NCBI GenBank assembly: GCA_964383915.1
Contig: CAYLJE010000002.1
Span: 1,035 to 65,034, forward strand
Source: an uncultured Rikenellaceae bacterium
GTDB lineage: Bacteria; Bacteroidota; Bacteroidia; Bacteroidales; VadinHA17
DNA: 64,000 nucleotides
Direction: 5' to 3'
Shown piece after piece: positions 30,001 through 39,926 of the stretch (the first letter of the stretch is position 1; each line of letters opens with the position of its first letter). A program made the translations under genes and the position numbers. The notes beneath the pieces were generated by a model, which was not told where the DNA came from, did not search any database, and was given only the letters and a program-made list of their open reading frames with translations.

Positions 30001-33000
30001 TTGAGGCGGCCAATGTACAGTATATTGAATTCTGGCTGATGGATCCTTTTGTGGAAATGCCTGATAATTATGGCGGAGACCTGTACCTTGATCTTGGAGA
30101 TGTCTCGGAAGATATATTGCGTGATTCGAGGAAAAGCTTTGAAAACGGATTACCTAACTCTCCGGTGGTAAGGGATGTGGATACCACCGTCTGGGGCCGT
30201 GTGCCTGTCAATCAATCCCTGGTAAACGCATTTGATAATGATCTGAATTCCAGAAGGTATCAGGATGTGGGATTAGATGGCCTGGGAGATGCGGATGAAA
30301 TATCATTTTTTATATCTTATCTGGATTCCCTGAAGAGTATTCTGACACCTGAAGCGTATCAGGCTGCCTTGAAAGACCCCTCCGATGATGATTATCATTA
30401 TTTTAGGGGAAGCGATTATGACCAGGAAAAACTGGGGATCCTGGATAGATATAAAAAATACAACGGCCTGGAAGGAAATTCCCCAACAGCAGAGATGTCT
30501 CCTGAATCTTATCCGACAACAGGGTCAACACTGCCTGATGTGGAAGATATTAACCGGGACAATACCCTGAATGAAACGGAAAGATATTACCAGTATCATG
30601 TAAGTCTGCGTCCGGGAGATCTGCAGGTAGGAAAAGATTTTATTACGGATAAGATTACCAGCACGGTGACTTTGGCAAATGGACAGAAATCTTCTGTGCA
30701 TTGGTATCAGTTTAAAATCCCAATCAGACAGTATAATCGTGTCGTTGGAAATATTCAGGATTTTAAATCTATCCGGTTTATCCGGTTGTTCATGCGTGGA
30801 TTTAATAAAGAAACCATTCTGCGATTTGCTACCTTTAATTTGGTTCGGGGGGAATGGAGGACTTACTATAATTCCTTGCTGCAGGGAGGTGAACGTATTA
30901 ACGTGCCGCAACAATCTGCGGGGACCATGGAGGTTTCTGCTGTGAATATAGAAGAAAACGGGAGTAAAGAACCTGTAAATTATGTGTTACCTCCGGGCAT
31001 TGACAGGGTTATTGACCCTACCAATCCACAGTTGCGTCAGTTGAATGAGCAGTCTATCCTCATGAAAGTGAATGATCTGGAGGATGGTGATGCCCGTGCT
31101 ATTTATAAAAATGTGAATCTTGATCTGCGTAAATACAAAAGGATACAAATGGAAATCCACGGAGAAGCCTTGCCGGAGAAACAAATATCGAATGATGAGG
31201 TAACTGTCTTTATCCGGATTGGATCCGACTATCGTGACAATTACTATGAATATGAAATCCCGTTAAAGATTACGCCCCCCGGCAGGTATAATAATGATTT
31301 GCAGAGTGACCGTGAAATCGTCTGGCCCAAAGAAAATAAAATGATTATTCCTTTGGAGATTTTTCAGGAACTGAAACAAGAGAGAAATGCCGCATTACGA
31401 AGAAGGGGTTCCAAATTATCTGTCAGTGATGTTTATGTTAAACGGATGAGTGATAAGATCATTAAAGTGGCGGGGAATCCTAACTTCAGTAATGTCCGGA
31501 CTATCATGATCGGCATCCGGAATCCTTTACAAAACAATCATTATTTTAAGGATGACGGTCAGCCTAAGTCTGCAGAGGTGTGGTGTGATGAATTAAGGCT
31601 GACGGATTTTGATGAAAAAGGAGGCTGGGCTGCCAATGCCCGTTTACAAGCAAGACTGGCTGATCTGGGGACCATGGATATTGCCGGTTTTACAAGCAAA
31701 CCCGGCTTTGGAAGTATTGAAAAGAAGGTGGCACAACGAAGTCAGGAGGAAGTGATCAGATATGATGTCTCCACCAACCTGCAATTGGGACGGTTTTTCC
31801 CCGAGAAAGCACGAATACGCATTCCTTTGTTTATTGGATATTCAGAATCCAGGATTAATCCTGAATATAATCCTATGGATCCTGACATCCCTTTGAAATC
31901 TGCACTGGCACATACCGAGACCAGGTCTGAAAAAGATTCAATCCTGCACTTTGCCCAGGATTTTACCCGCAGAAAAAGTTTGAACCTCACCAATGTTGGC
32001 CTTGGGAATATGACCAAAAAACCCAGGTTATACAGCCCTTCTAACCTGTCTTTTAATTTTGCCTATAATGAGTTGTACCACCGGGATGTAAAAACGGAAA
32101 TTAATCTGGAGAAAAATTTCCGGGGAGGATTTACCTATGTCTTTAATGCTCAGCCCAAAAACATTGCTCCTCTGAAGAAGATGAAAATACTCAGGTCCCC
32201 TGTTTTCCGATTGTTAAGAGATATTAATTTTTATTATATGCCTAAGCACATTTCATTCAGGACAGATTTGAGCAGATATTACAATGAGATAAAAACCCGG
32301 AATATCGCTACCCCTTATCTGAAGATCCAACCCAGTTTCCGGAAGGATTTTCTCTGGAACCGCAACTATGATATTAAATGGGATCTGACACGTGCTTTGC
32401 GGTTTGATTTTTCTGCCGGAGATATTGCACGGATTGATGAACCCGAAGGAGGGGTTGATAAAATCAGATACAAAGATGAATACCAGGCGTGGAAGGATTC
32501 AATTTGGCAGAATCTGAAGAGCTTTGGAAGAAATACCCATTATTTTCAAACGATCAATACGAGTTATACCCTTCCGATTAATAAAATCCCTTTGCTTAAT
32601 TGGGTGTCCGCTACCGCCCGTTACGGTATGAAATATGACTGGCTGGTCGGACCGGTTTATCCTGATTCTATGAATATACATCTTGGGAACACCATACAGA
32701 ACTCTAACACGGCCCAGTTGAATGGCCAGTTTAATTTGTTAAATCTGTATAATAAAATTGGCTTACTGAAAAAGATTAACCGCGATAACTCCCGCCGGGC
32801 CAGTGGTCAGAAAGCCCCTCCCAAGGTTAAGAAAGTTTCTTTTACCCTTGAAAAAGTCAGGCTGAAGGGGGGCAGGCCCAGGTCAGTACTCCATAAGTTA
32901 AAGACAGAAGACATTACCAAAGTGACAGCTTATGATGCGAATGGACAGGTGATCAAAGGAAAGTATAAAGTAGTTAATCAGGATAAAATCAAGTTTACTG

Positions 33001-34496
33001 CCAGGGAAGATCATAAGAACGTAAGGATTGTCGTGGAAGGGAATAAGAAAGTAAATGAAAGTCCTTTTCTTATTGTTGGAGAGACCCTGGCAGGTATGTT
33101 CATGGGTGTGAGAAATATTACCCTGTCCTATTCACAGAATGAAGGAACATTGTTGCCGGGGTATATGCCCGGGACACGCATGATGGGCCTTACCCGTACT
33201 GGCAATGACCTGGCCCCGGGGTGGCCTTTTGTCCTGGGCTGGCAGAATAATGATTTTCTTAAAAAGGCAGCGGACGAACGCTGGCTGACTACCGACACAT
33301 TGATTAACAATCCTTACATTATGACGCATACGGATAATTTTAACTTCCGCAGTACCTTTGAACCAATAAAAGGGATTCGTGTAGATATTATTGCCAACAG
33401 AAGATTTTCTGAAAATTTAAATGAGTATTATAAGTATGATGATGCCAGCGGAACCTATCAATTTAGTAGCAAAGTAACTACCGGTAATTTTTCTATGACT
33501 TATATTACGATGGGATCCATGTTTGAAAAAATTAAGCCTGAGAATGATTATCAATCTCATAATTTTGAATTGTTCAGGGAATATACGCGCATTATCTCAA
33601 AACGACTGGCCAAACATCGTCACCGCGTTGAACCCGGTTATGATCCGGACATTGATCCCGAAACAGGCACCCCGCTCGGGACAGGATATAAAAACGGGTA
33701 TTCCCTGACCAGCCAGGAAGTATTGCTTCCTGCCTTTCTGGCTGCCTATTCCAAACAGGATCCATGGCATATACCTCTCAACAGTGTACCTTCCATCACC
33801 CAGATCCTTCCTAACTGGCGTGTGGTTATTGACATCTTTAACCGCCTTAGTTTTTTAAAGTCATTTTTACGTTCGGCAAATATTACGCATACGTACCGTT
33901 CTACTTACAATATTGCCTCTTATCAGTCTGATCTCAACTTTGAGGAAGGAAGCAACGGGCTGGGGTGGATCAGAGATATGGAATACAACTTTTTACCACA
34001 ATACCAGATTAATACAGTATCTATTACCGAACAATTCAGTCCCCTGATCGGATTGGATATGATTTGGATAAATGGGATAACCTCAAAGCTGGAAATTAAA
34101 AAATCCAGAAATATCGCGCTCAGCCTTGAAAATAATCAGTTGACGGAAGTGCATAGTGATGAGTTTGTTATTGGCACAGGGTATCGCTTTAATGATGTTC
34201 AGATATCTATCCGTACGGGAGGGCAACAAAGAAATCTGAAAAGTGATCTTAATCTGAGAGCCGATCTCAGCATCAGGGATAACAAAACAATTATGCGGAA
34301 ACTCGTGGAAGAAACCAATATTCCGACCGCAGGCCAACGGATCATCACCTTGAAACTAACAGCTGATTATATGCTCAGTGACAAATTTAATCTGAGAGTT
34401 TTCTTCGACCGGATTGTTAATGATCCGTTTGTTGCCCTGACTTTTAAAACAGCCAATACCAACTTTGGAGTGAGTCTCCGGTTTACTCTTATGTAA
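27078..34496 (+). CDS. sprA: SprA/Sov-type type IX secretion system translocon (gliding-motility cell surface protein SprA)
   Basis: 2472 aa. N-terminal signal peptide. Giant beta-rich protein ending in a beta-barrel-type terminal F-x-L-x motif (VSLRFTLM). Size, composition and Bacteroidota context match SprA. The apparent start codon is TTG. Confidence 0.85.
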   Translation: MNNKNKYVFIIFVGLLLILQGATARARVNATRQDTSVSVTTPTLHYPFRAYEGNPLLQQSPSGLYLKLPSNIHRRIEYDPKTNEYIIYEKLGKLDYRMPYVMTADEFEKWQYDQAIRHYWQQKASGNIGNFNTSLIPKLYVGGEAFDKVFGSNTVNIVPQGSAELIFGINSSRIDNPALSEKLRKVTTFDFKEKIQMNVAGTVGDKLKLGINYNTEATFDFENQTKLEYSGKEDEIIKKIEAGNINFPLTGTLITGSQSLFGLKTELQFGKLTVTSVFSQQKGQTSEIDVKGGAQMQDFEVEADHYEANKHFFLSQYFRDQYNKALAHLPVINSGVTIQRIEVWVTNKTNRFENSRNVVAFMDLAEGSAHIYNNIPVFRQTGPGPYPENELNGLYYQMTSTYSQIRDISQVTNALDPLRPDFVIGRDYEKVENARKLSEREYKVNRQLGFISLNTALNADEILAVAYEYTVNGKVYKVGEFSSDVSAPNALVMKLLKGTNLSPQLPTWDLMMKNIYALGAYQVNQKDFQLHILYHDDKTGNDINYIPEGKIANKILLRVLNLDNLDSQQEPNPDGFFDFLPGITINTSGGRVIFPELEPFGSYLKKKIGNVAIADKYVFQELYDSSLVKARQVAEKNKFKIVGTYSSSSSSEIQLNALNIPKGSVKITAGGIQLQENIDYTVDYNLGRVKIINQGLLESQTPIKVQLESNQLFNLQTKTLLGSHFDYKISDDFHLGGTVMNLTERPLTQKVNIGDEPISNTMLGLDGTYHAESRFLTRLVDMLPFLQTKAPSTIDFTGEFAQMIPGHSKAIHKTGTAYIDDFEGSTTTIDLKAFNAWVLSSTPQGQNGLFPEAQLNNNRYYGANRARLAWYVIDPLFLRNNVNTPGYIKQNPDYKSSHYVREVFEKELFPNRQNPTGIPTNIAVLNLAFYPDEKGPYNYDLMPSAYTAGITPEDKLKAPESRWGGIMREVPTSDFEAANVQYIEFWLMDPFVEMPDNYGGDLYLDLGDVSEDILRDSRKSFENGLPNSPVVRDVDTTVWGRVPVNQSLVNAFDNDLNSRRYQDVGLDGLGDADEISFFISYLDSLKSILTPEAYQAALKDPSDDDYHYFRGSDYDQEKLGILDRYKKYNGLEGNSPTAEMSPESYPTTGSTLPDVEDINRDNTLNETERYYQYHVSLRPGDLQVGKDFITDKITSTVTLANGQKSSVHWYQFKIPIRQYNRVVGNIQDFKSIRFIRLFMRGFNKETILRFATFNLVRGEWRTYYNSLLQGGERINVPQQSAGTMEVSAVNIEENGSKEPVNYVLPPGIDRVIDPTNPQLRQLNEQSILMKVNDLEDGDARAIYKNVNLDLRKYKRIQMEIHGEALPEKQISNDEVTVFIRIGSDYRDNYYEYEIPLKITPPGRYNNDLQSDREIVWPKENKMIIPLEIFQELKQERNAALRRRGSKLSVSDVYVKRMSDKIIKVAGNPNFSNVRTIMIGIRNPLQNNHYFKDDGQPKSAEVWCDELRLTDFDEKGGWAANARLQARLADLGTMDIAGFTSKPGFGSIEKKVAQRSQEEVIRYDVSTNLQLGRFFPEKARIRIPLFIGYSESRINPEYNPMDPDIPLKSALAHTETRSEKDSILHFAQDFTRRKSLNLTNVGLGNMTKKPRLYSPSNLSFNFAYNELYHRDVKTEINLEKNFRGGFTYVFNAQPKNIAPLKKMKILRSPVFRLLRDINFYYMPKHISFRTDLSRYYNEIKTRNIATPYLKIQPSFRKDFLWNRNYDIKWDLTRALRFDFSAGDIARIDEPEGGVDKIRYKDEYQAWKDSIWQNLKSFGRNTHYFQTINTSYTLPINKIPLLNWVSATARYGMKYDWLVGPVYPDSMNIHLGNTIQNSNTAQLNGQFNLLNLYNKIGLLKKINRDNSRRASGQKAPPKVKKVSFTLEKVRLKGGRPRSVLHKLKTEDITKVTAYDANGQVIKGKYKVVNQDKIKFTAREDHKNVRIVVEGNKKVNESPFLIVGETLAGMFMGVRNITLSYSQNEGTLLPGYMPGTRMMGLTRTGNDLAPGWPFVLGWQNNDFLKKAADERWLTTDTLINNPYIMTHTDNFNFRSTFEPIKGIRVDIIANRRFSENLNEYYKYDDASGTYQFSSKVTTGNFSMTYITMGSMFEKIKPENDYQSHNFELFREYTRIISKRLAKHRHRVEPGYDPDIDPETGTPLGTGYKNGYSLTSQEVLLPAFLAAYSKQDPWHIPLNSVPSITQILPNWRVVIDIFNRLSFLKSFLRSANITHTYRSTYNIASYQSDLNFEEGSNGLGWIRDMEYNFLPQYQINTVSITEQFSPLIGLDMIWINGITSKLEIKKSRNIALSLENNQLTEVHSDEFVIGTGYRFNDVQISIRTGGQQRNLKSDLNLRADLSIRDNKTIMRKLVEETNIPTAGQRIITLKLTADYMLSDKFNLRVFFDRIVNDPFVALTFKTANTNFGVSLRFTLM

Positions 34497-34598
34497 AAAT
34501 GCGGACAGATTTTTTATAATAATTCTGTCAGGAGACATTTTTTTTGAAAAAAAAATATCTACTTTTGACCATTCAAGAAAAATTAAAATGATTTTAAA

Positions 34599-34979
34599 AT
34601 GAACGTACCTGATGATTTGAAGTATACAAAGGATCATGAATGGATCCGTGTTGATGGAGATGTTGCTTATATTGGAATCAGCGATTATGCCCAGGGAGAA
34701 TTAGGTGACATCGTTTTTGTTGAGATTGAGACCGTAGGAGAAACACTGGATAAGGGGGAATCCTTTGGGACTATTGAAGCCGTAAAAACTGTCTCAGATG
34801 TTTTCCTTCCTGTATCCGGAGAAATACTGGAATTGAATCCGGTAGTCGGAGATACGCCTGAAATTGTAAATAAAGATCCTTATGGAGAAGGATGGATGAT
34901 TAAGCTGAAAATGCGAGATTCGGCCGAGCTGGATGAGCTATTGGATGCTGAAGCATATAAAAAGATGATAAACGTCTGA
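34599..34979 (+). CDS. gcvH: glycine cleavage system protein H
   Basis: 126 aa. Lipoyl-lysine context TIEAVKTVSDV. N-terminal YTKDHEW motif. Confidence 0.96.
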   Translation: MNVPDDLKYTKDHEWIRVDGDVAYIGISDYAQGELGDIVFVEIETVGETLDKGESFGTIEAVKTVSDVFLPVSGEILELNPVVGDTPEIVNKDPYGEGWMIKLKMRDSAELDELLDAEAYKKMINV

Positions 34980-37757
34980 TTATAAGGTTTTTTTAACTTC
35001 TATTTCTTCAAAGGCTTCGATGATATCGCCCACTTTGATATCATTAAAGTTTTGAATATTTAGTCCGCATTCCTGACCATTAACCGCTTCTTTCACATCT
35101 TCCTTATATCTTTTCAGGGATGCCAGTTCTCCGGTATAGATAACAATCCCGTCACGTATCACGCGCACTTTGGATTTCTTGAAGATCTTTCCTTCAGTAA
35201 CAATACATCCGGCAATGGTGCCTACTTTGGAGACCTTGAAAGCTTCTTTTATTTCGAGTGTTCCGGAGATCTCTTCTTTCATTTCCGGAATCAGCATACC
35301 TTCCATGGCCGATTTGATTTCTTCGATAGCATCATAGATGATTGAATAAAGGCGGATATCAATTTCTTCTTTTTCGGCCAGTTTCCGTGCATTAGCAGAA
35401 GGTCTGACCTGAAATCCGATGACGATGGCATTGGATGCGGCAGCCAGGAGAATATCCGATTCGGTTATTTGTCCGACAGCTTTGTGAATAATATTAATCT
35501 GTATTTCTTCTGTAGATAATTTGATCAAAGCATCAGAGAGTGCTTCGACTGAACCGTCCACATCTCCTTTAATGACAATATTCAGTTCCTGAAAGCTTCC
35601 GATGGCAATTCTTCGTCCAATCTCATCCAGGGTGATATGTTTTTGTGTACGTATCCCTTGTTCTCTTTGAAGCTGGCTTCGTTTTTGGGCTATATCTTTG
35701 GCTTCTTTATCATTATCCAATACATTGAATTTATCTCCGGCCTGCGGAGCACCGTTTAAACCGAGAATAAGTGCAGGCATGGAAGGTCCTGCACTTTCCA
35801 TTTTTTTTCCTCTTTCATTATACATTGCTTTCACATGTCCGAAATAGCTCCCGGCGAGTATTACATCTCCGTATTTTACGGTACCTTCACTAACCAATAT
35901 GGTAGCAACGTAACCTTTTCCTTTGTCCAGGGATGACTCAACCACTGTTCCGATAGCCGGTTTATCAGGGTTGGCTCTAAGGTTTAGCATCTCTGCTTCC
36001 AGCAAGATTTTCTCAAGTAGCTCATCAATATTTGTCCCTTCTTTGGCTGAAATATCCTGGCTTTGGTATTTTCCTCCCCAGTCTTCAACCAGGATATTCA
36101 TATTGGCAAGTTCCTCCTTTATTTTCTCTTGGTTGGCCGTAGGTTTATCGATTTTGTTAATGGCAAATACGATGGGGACGCCGGCTGCCTGGGAGTGATT
36201 GATAGCTTCTACCGTCTGGGGTTTGATGCCATCATCTGCAGCAATGACAATAACGGCAATATCTGTAATTTGTGCTCCCCTGGCACGCATGGCAGTAAAT
36301 GCTTCATGTCCGGGTGTATCGAGGAAAGTAATCTGCTGGTTGGTAGTAAGCGTTACCGCATAGGCCCCGATATGCTGGGTGATCCCCCCTGCTTCACCGG
36401 CAATCACATTCGCTTTACGGATATAATCAAGTAATTTTGTTTTACCGTGGTCAACATGTCCCATAACTGTGACGATCGGAGGTCTGGGCAGCAGGTCTTT
36501 TTCACGGTCTATTGTTTCTTTAATGTTATCCAGAATGTTTGCGCTGACAAATTCAATTTCATAGCCAAATTCGTCGGCTACCAGGGACATAGTTTCAGCA
36601 TCCAGCCGTTGGTTGATGGAAACGATCAGTCCCAGATTCAAACACGTTGATATGACGTCAGTGGCAGGCACGTCCATCATATTGGCCAGCTCATTTACCG
36701 ATACAAACTCAGTTACCTTCAGTTTTTTCTTTTCTTCTGCAAGTTTTTTAATTTCTTCCTCTTGCTTATGAATAATAGCTGAACGCTTCTCACGACGGTA
36801 TTTAGAAGCCTTTGATTTCGTTTTGGATGTCAAACGTGCCAGTGTTTCTTTAATTTGTTTCTGAACATCCTCTTCATTTACTTCATGCTGGGGATATCTT
36901 GATTTTCGGGTGCCTTTCTTTTCGTTTTTCTTTCCTTTGCTATTGGACAGGTTAACTTTTTCTTTGCCTTTATGTATTCTTTTTCGTTTTTTCTTATTGG
37001 AAACAGGTGCTTTAGAAGATGCAACCGGTTTCTTTTTGGGCTCTTTCACAGGAAGCTCAATTTTCCCGACCACTGTTGGCCCTGTCAGATGTTCAATTTT
37101 TGATTTATAAAATTTTTTCGAATCTCCGGCTTTAATTTCTTCCTTCTTAACCGGTTTTCCGGAAACAACTTCCACGGATTTGGCTTTTTCTTTTTTTTCT
37201 TCTTTTACAGAAACAGTCTCTTCGGTTTCTTTTTCCTCTGTCTTTGTTTTTTCCGGCGTTTCTTTCCGGATATCTTTGGCTTTTTTTGCTTCAAGATCGG
37301 GTTCGATAGTCTTTTTTTCTTTCCGGATTACAGCAGTTTCTTCTTTTTTTCCTTCTTCAAGACTGATTTTGCCGACAACTTTGACTTTATGTGCAGCTTC
37401 CGTTGTAATCTTTACTTCTGAAGGTGTTTTGAAAGTACTCTCGATGCTGTGGTCTTTTATAATCAGCTCTTTTTCTTCACTGCCTTCTTTATTTCCTTTT
37501 TTTTCAGTTACATCACTAAGTGTGACAGACTCTTTGTGTTCTTTTGCTTGGAATTTTAGTTTTTCGGATTCTTTTTTTACTTTAACCTCAGAGCTGTATT
37601 CATTAGCCAGGAGGGCATATATCTCACTTGAGATTTTTGAGTTGGGGTTTAAATCCAAATCATAGCCTTTTTTGTGCAGGAATTCGATAATGGTAGAAAT
37701 ACCCACATTAAATTCTCTTGCTGCTTTGCTCAGCCGTATTTTTTTTTCTTCTCCCAT
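34980..37757 (-). CDS. infB: translation initiation factor IF-2
   Basis: 925 aa. K/E-rich N-terminal region. GTPase motifs [13 protein letters not shown] and NKID. Confidence 0.97.
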   Translation of the reverse strand: MGEEKKIRLSKAAREFNVGISTIIEFLHKKGYDLDLNPNSKISSEIYALLANEYSSEVKVKKESEKLKFQAKEHKESVTLSDVTEKKGNKEGSEEKELIIKDHSIESTFKTPSEVKITTEAAHKVKVVGKISLEEGKKEETAVIRKEKKTIEPDLEAKKAKDIRKETPEKTKTEEKETEETVSVKEEKKEKAKSVEVVSGKPVKKEEIKAGDSKKFYKSKIEHLTGPTVVGKIELPVKEPKKKPVASSKAPVSNKKKRKRIHKGKEKVNLSNSKGKKNEKKGTRKSRYPQHEVNEEDVQKQIKETLARLTSKTKSKASKYRREKRSAIIHKQEEEIKKLAEEKKKLKVTEFVSVNELANMMDVPATDVISTCLNLGLIVSINQRLDAETMSLVADEFGYEIEFVSANILDNIKETIDREKDLLPRPPIVTVMGHVDHGKTKLLDYIRKANVIAGEAGGITQHIGAYAVTLTTNQQITFLDTPGHEAFTAMRARGAQITDIAVIVIAADDGIKPQTVEAINHSQAAGVPIVFAINKIDKPTANQEKIKEELANMNILVEDWGGKYQSQDISAKEGTNIDELLEKILLEAEMLNLRANPDKPAIGTVVESSLDKGKGYVATILVSEGTVKYGDVILAGSYFGHVKAMYNERGKKMESAGPSMPALILGLNGAPQAGDKFNVLDNDKEAKDIAQKRSQLQREQGIRTQKHITLDEIGRRIAIGSFQELNIVIKGDVDGSVEALSDALIKLSTEEIQINIIHKAVGQITESDILLAAASNAIVIGFQVRPSANARKLAEKEEIDIRLYSIIYDAIEEIKSAMEGMLIPEMKEEISGTLEIKEAFKVSKVGTIAGCIVTEGKIFKKSKVRVIRDGIVIYTGELASLKRYKEDVKEAVNGQECGLNIQNFNDIKVGDIIEAFEEIEVKKTL

Positions 37758-37828
37758 AGATATTCAGCCCGTATTAATCATTTGCAAAAATAGAAGTTAT
37801 CTATTAACATAAAACATTTATTTTCTTT

Positions 37829-39064
37829 TTATTCAAATTCCGCTTTTAAAATCTTTTTCACTTCTTTAATGGTTTCTTCTTCAAGATCGGTTCTTTTTAC
37901 CAATTCTTCATCTGAGAGCTCGATCACACTCTTAGCCGTATCACATCCTATGGCTTTCAGCTCATCCAATATCCAGTTTTCGATTTCATCAGCAAATTCT
38001 TCCAGGCTGACATCTTCATCCTCTTCGCCGGATTCACGGTAAACCTCAATTTCATATCCGGTAAGCTGGCTGGCCAGGCGGATGTTAAGACCTCCTTTAC
38101 CAATGGCCAGGGATACTTCACTGGGTTTTAGGTAAACTTCTGCTTTTTTCTCTGCTTCAATCAGTTTTATCGAACTGATTTTGGCCGGGCTAAGTGCACG
38201 CTGAATGAACAACTGGGTATTTGTAGTATAGTTGATTACGTCGATATTCTCGTTTTTCAATTCACGGACAATGCCATGGATACGGGAACCTTTCATGCCA
38301 ACACATGCCCCCACGGGATCAATACGTTCATCATAAGACTCGACAGCTACCTTGGCTCTTTCTCCGGGAATCCGAACAATCTTTTTGATGGTAATCAGTC
38401 CGTCAAAGATCTCAGGTACTTCAAGTTCAAAGAGACGTTCCAGGAAAACAGGCGATGTGCGTGAGAGAATAATCAGGGGATTGTTGTTTCTCATTTCTAC
38501 TTTGATTACTACGGCACGGATTGTATCTCCTTTGCGGAAAAAATCTGAAGGTATTTGTTCACTCTTGGGTAAAATCAACTCATTTCCCTCATCATCGAGG
38601 ATGAGTGTTTCCCTTTTCCATATCTGGTACACTTCTCCGATAACAATCTCGCCAACACGGTCCTTGTATTTGTTAAATATATTGTTTTTCTCCAGCTCCA
38701 TGATACGTGATGTGAGGTTTTGCCTCAACGATAAAATGGCACGTCTTCCGAAATCTTTTAGTTTAACTTCGTCGGTTACTTCTTCACCTACCTCGTAATC
38801 TTCGTCGATTTTTTTGGCTTCGGAAAGCGGGATCTGAAAAGCCGGGTCTTCCAGCTCATCATCTTCAACTACTTCACGGTTTCTCCAGATTTCAAAATCC
38901 CCTTTGTCGATATTGATAATAATATCAAAATTTTCGTCGGTATCATACCTTTTCTTAAGCATACTTTTGAATACATCCTCCAGCACACTCATCATGGTAG
39001 CACGATCAATATTTTTTAATTCCTTAAATTCCGAAAAGGTGTCAGACAGGTTTACATTGTCCAT
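37829..39064 (-). CDS. nusA: transcription termination/antitermination factor NusA
   Basis: S1 and tandem KH regions (GACVGMKGSRI, AIGKGGLNIRLA). The likely start is MDNVNL at 39064; the ORF track uses TTG 39082. Confidence 0.95.
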   Translation of the reverse strand: MDNVNLSDTFSEFKELKNIDRATMMSVLEDVFKSMLKKRYDTDENFDIIINIDKGDFEIWRNREVVEDDELEDPAFQIPLSEAKKIDEDYEVGEEVTDEVKLKDFGRRAILSLRQNLTSRIMELEKNNIFNKYKDRVGEIVIGEVYQIWKRETLILDDEGNELILPKSEQIPSDFFRKGDTIRAVVIKVEMRNNNPLIILSRTSPVFLERLFELEVPEIFDGLITIKKIVRIPGERAKVAVESYDERIDPVGACVGMKGSRIHGIVRELKNENIDVINYTTNTQLFIQRALSPAKISSIKLIEAEKKAEVYLKPSEVSLAIGKGGLNIRLASQLTGYEIEVYRESGEEDEDVSLEEFADEIENWILDELKAIGCDTAKSVIELSDEELVKRTDLEEETIKEVKKILKAEFE

Positions 39065-39256
39065 GATTTTTTTCCCTCCCAATGTTATTTAAATTCAACC
39101 TAAATATCTAAAATGGAATCGTCATGAAGTTTTACAGTGTGCGTTAATATTGGGAAGCGCAATGAAAAGTTTTGAAAGCGTAGCCTTCGCTACGGTGAAA
39201 AACTTTGAAATGAGCATTTCCAATAGTGGTGTGCAATGTAGAACTGTAATAGATTT

Positions 39257-39730
39257 TCATTTTGGATTTTTAGGTTCAATACTAAGTTTTGCTGTTTTAA
39301 TCTCCCCCATGGGGTATTGTATTGTTTTTACGGGGATGTTTCCCCTTTTTTGTTTTTTCTTTGTTTTTCCCTGTTCTCTCAATGTAATTTCCTCTTTTTC
39401 CACATATACGAGTTCTCCCTGATGTGTTTCTCCACTCATCAGTTGAATCTTGATTTTCCCCCCGATATTTTTTTTGTACTGCTCCATAACCATAAAAGGA
39501 GACTCCAGGCCTGGAGAAGAAACCATCAGTTCAAAATCTTCTTTTTCTTTGTCCAGATGATGTTCTATAAATTTTGAAAGTTTGGCACACTCATCAATAG
39601 ATATCCCTTCCCTGCGGTCAACAAATACGAAAATCTTGTTCGATCGTGATACATGTACATCTACCAGAAAAAAATCATCTCCTCCCGGATATTTTTCCAG
39701 GATAAGTATTATATTTTCTTTTTTTATCAT
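39257..39730 (-). CDS. rimP: ribosome maturation factor RimP
   Basis: 157 aa. Conserved position upstream of nusA-infB. LMVSSPGLESP motif. Confidence 0.88.
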   Translation of the reverse strand: MIKKENIILILEKYPGGDDFFLVDVHVSRSNKIFVFVDRREGISIDECAKLSKFIEHHLDKEKEDFELMVSSPGLESPFMVMEQYKKNIGGKIKIQLMSGETHQGELVYVEKEEITLREQGKTKKKQKRGNIPVKTIQYPMGEIKTAKLSIEPKNPK

Positions 39731-39743
39731 GTCATTCTAATCT

Positions 39744-39769
39744 AATAAAACAGGGGACATTGTCCCCTG
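39744..39769 (-). promoter_or_regulatory. terminator-like hairpin in the rimP-nusA-infB leader (candidate attenuator)
   Basis: The minus strand reads CAGGGGAC-AAU-GUCCCCUG, an 8-bp GC-rich perfect stem, followed by UUUUAUU. It ends about 14 nt before the rimP ATG. No upstream same-strand gene is available for it to terminate. Confidence 0.4.
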
Positions 39770-39926
39770 CAAATTATCCCCCCATTTCGGGTGCAAATGT
39801 AAACCTTTTATATAAAAAAAACAAATAAAACATTTTCTTTCAGGGAATAGAGAAAAAATCCTAATTTGCGGAGGCGAAGGAAAGGCGATTGACTGTTGGT
39901 ATAATCTTTGTAAAAAAGGACTTTAA

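Noticed and set aside
27078-34496. The giant 2472-aa ORF as a candidate novel system
   Set aside because: Size, signal peptide, beta-rich composition and context match SprA/Sov, the known T9SS translocon. Nothing atypical was seen beyond a probable TTG start.
34497-34598. Glycine riboswitch upstream of gcvH, or a strong sprA terminator
   Set aside because: There are no GGAGAG/CACCG-type glycine riboswitch cores. Only a 6-bp stem with a 14-nt loop is present, and the T-run starts 8 nt later, which is too weak to call.
39150-39422. 90-aa + strand ORF spanning the rimP-nusA spacer and the rimP 3' end
   Set aside because: It overlaps rimP in antisense. The peptide is hydrophobic and low-complexity, with no support. 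The 174-nt rimP-nusA spacer itself showed only a weak 6-bp hairpin.
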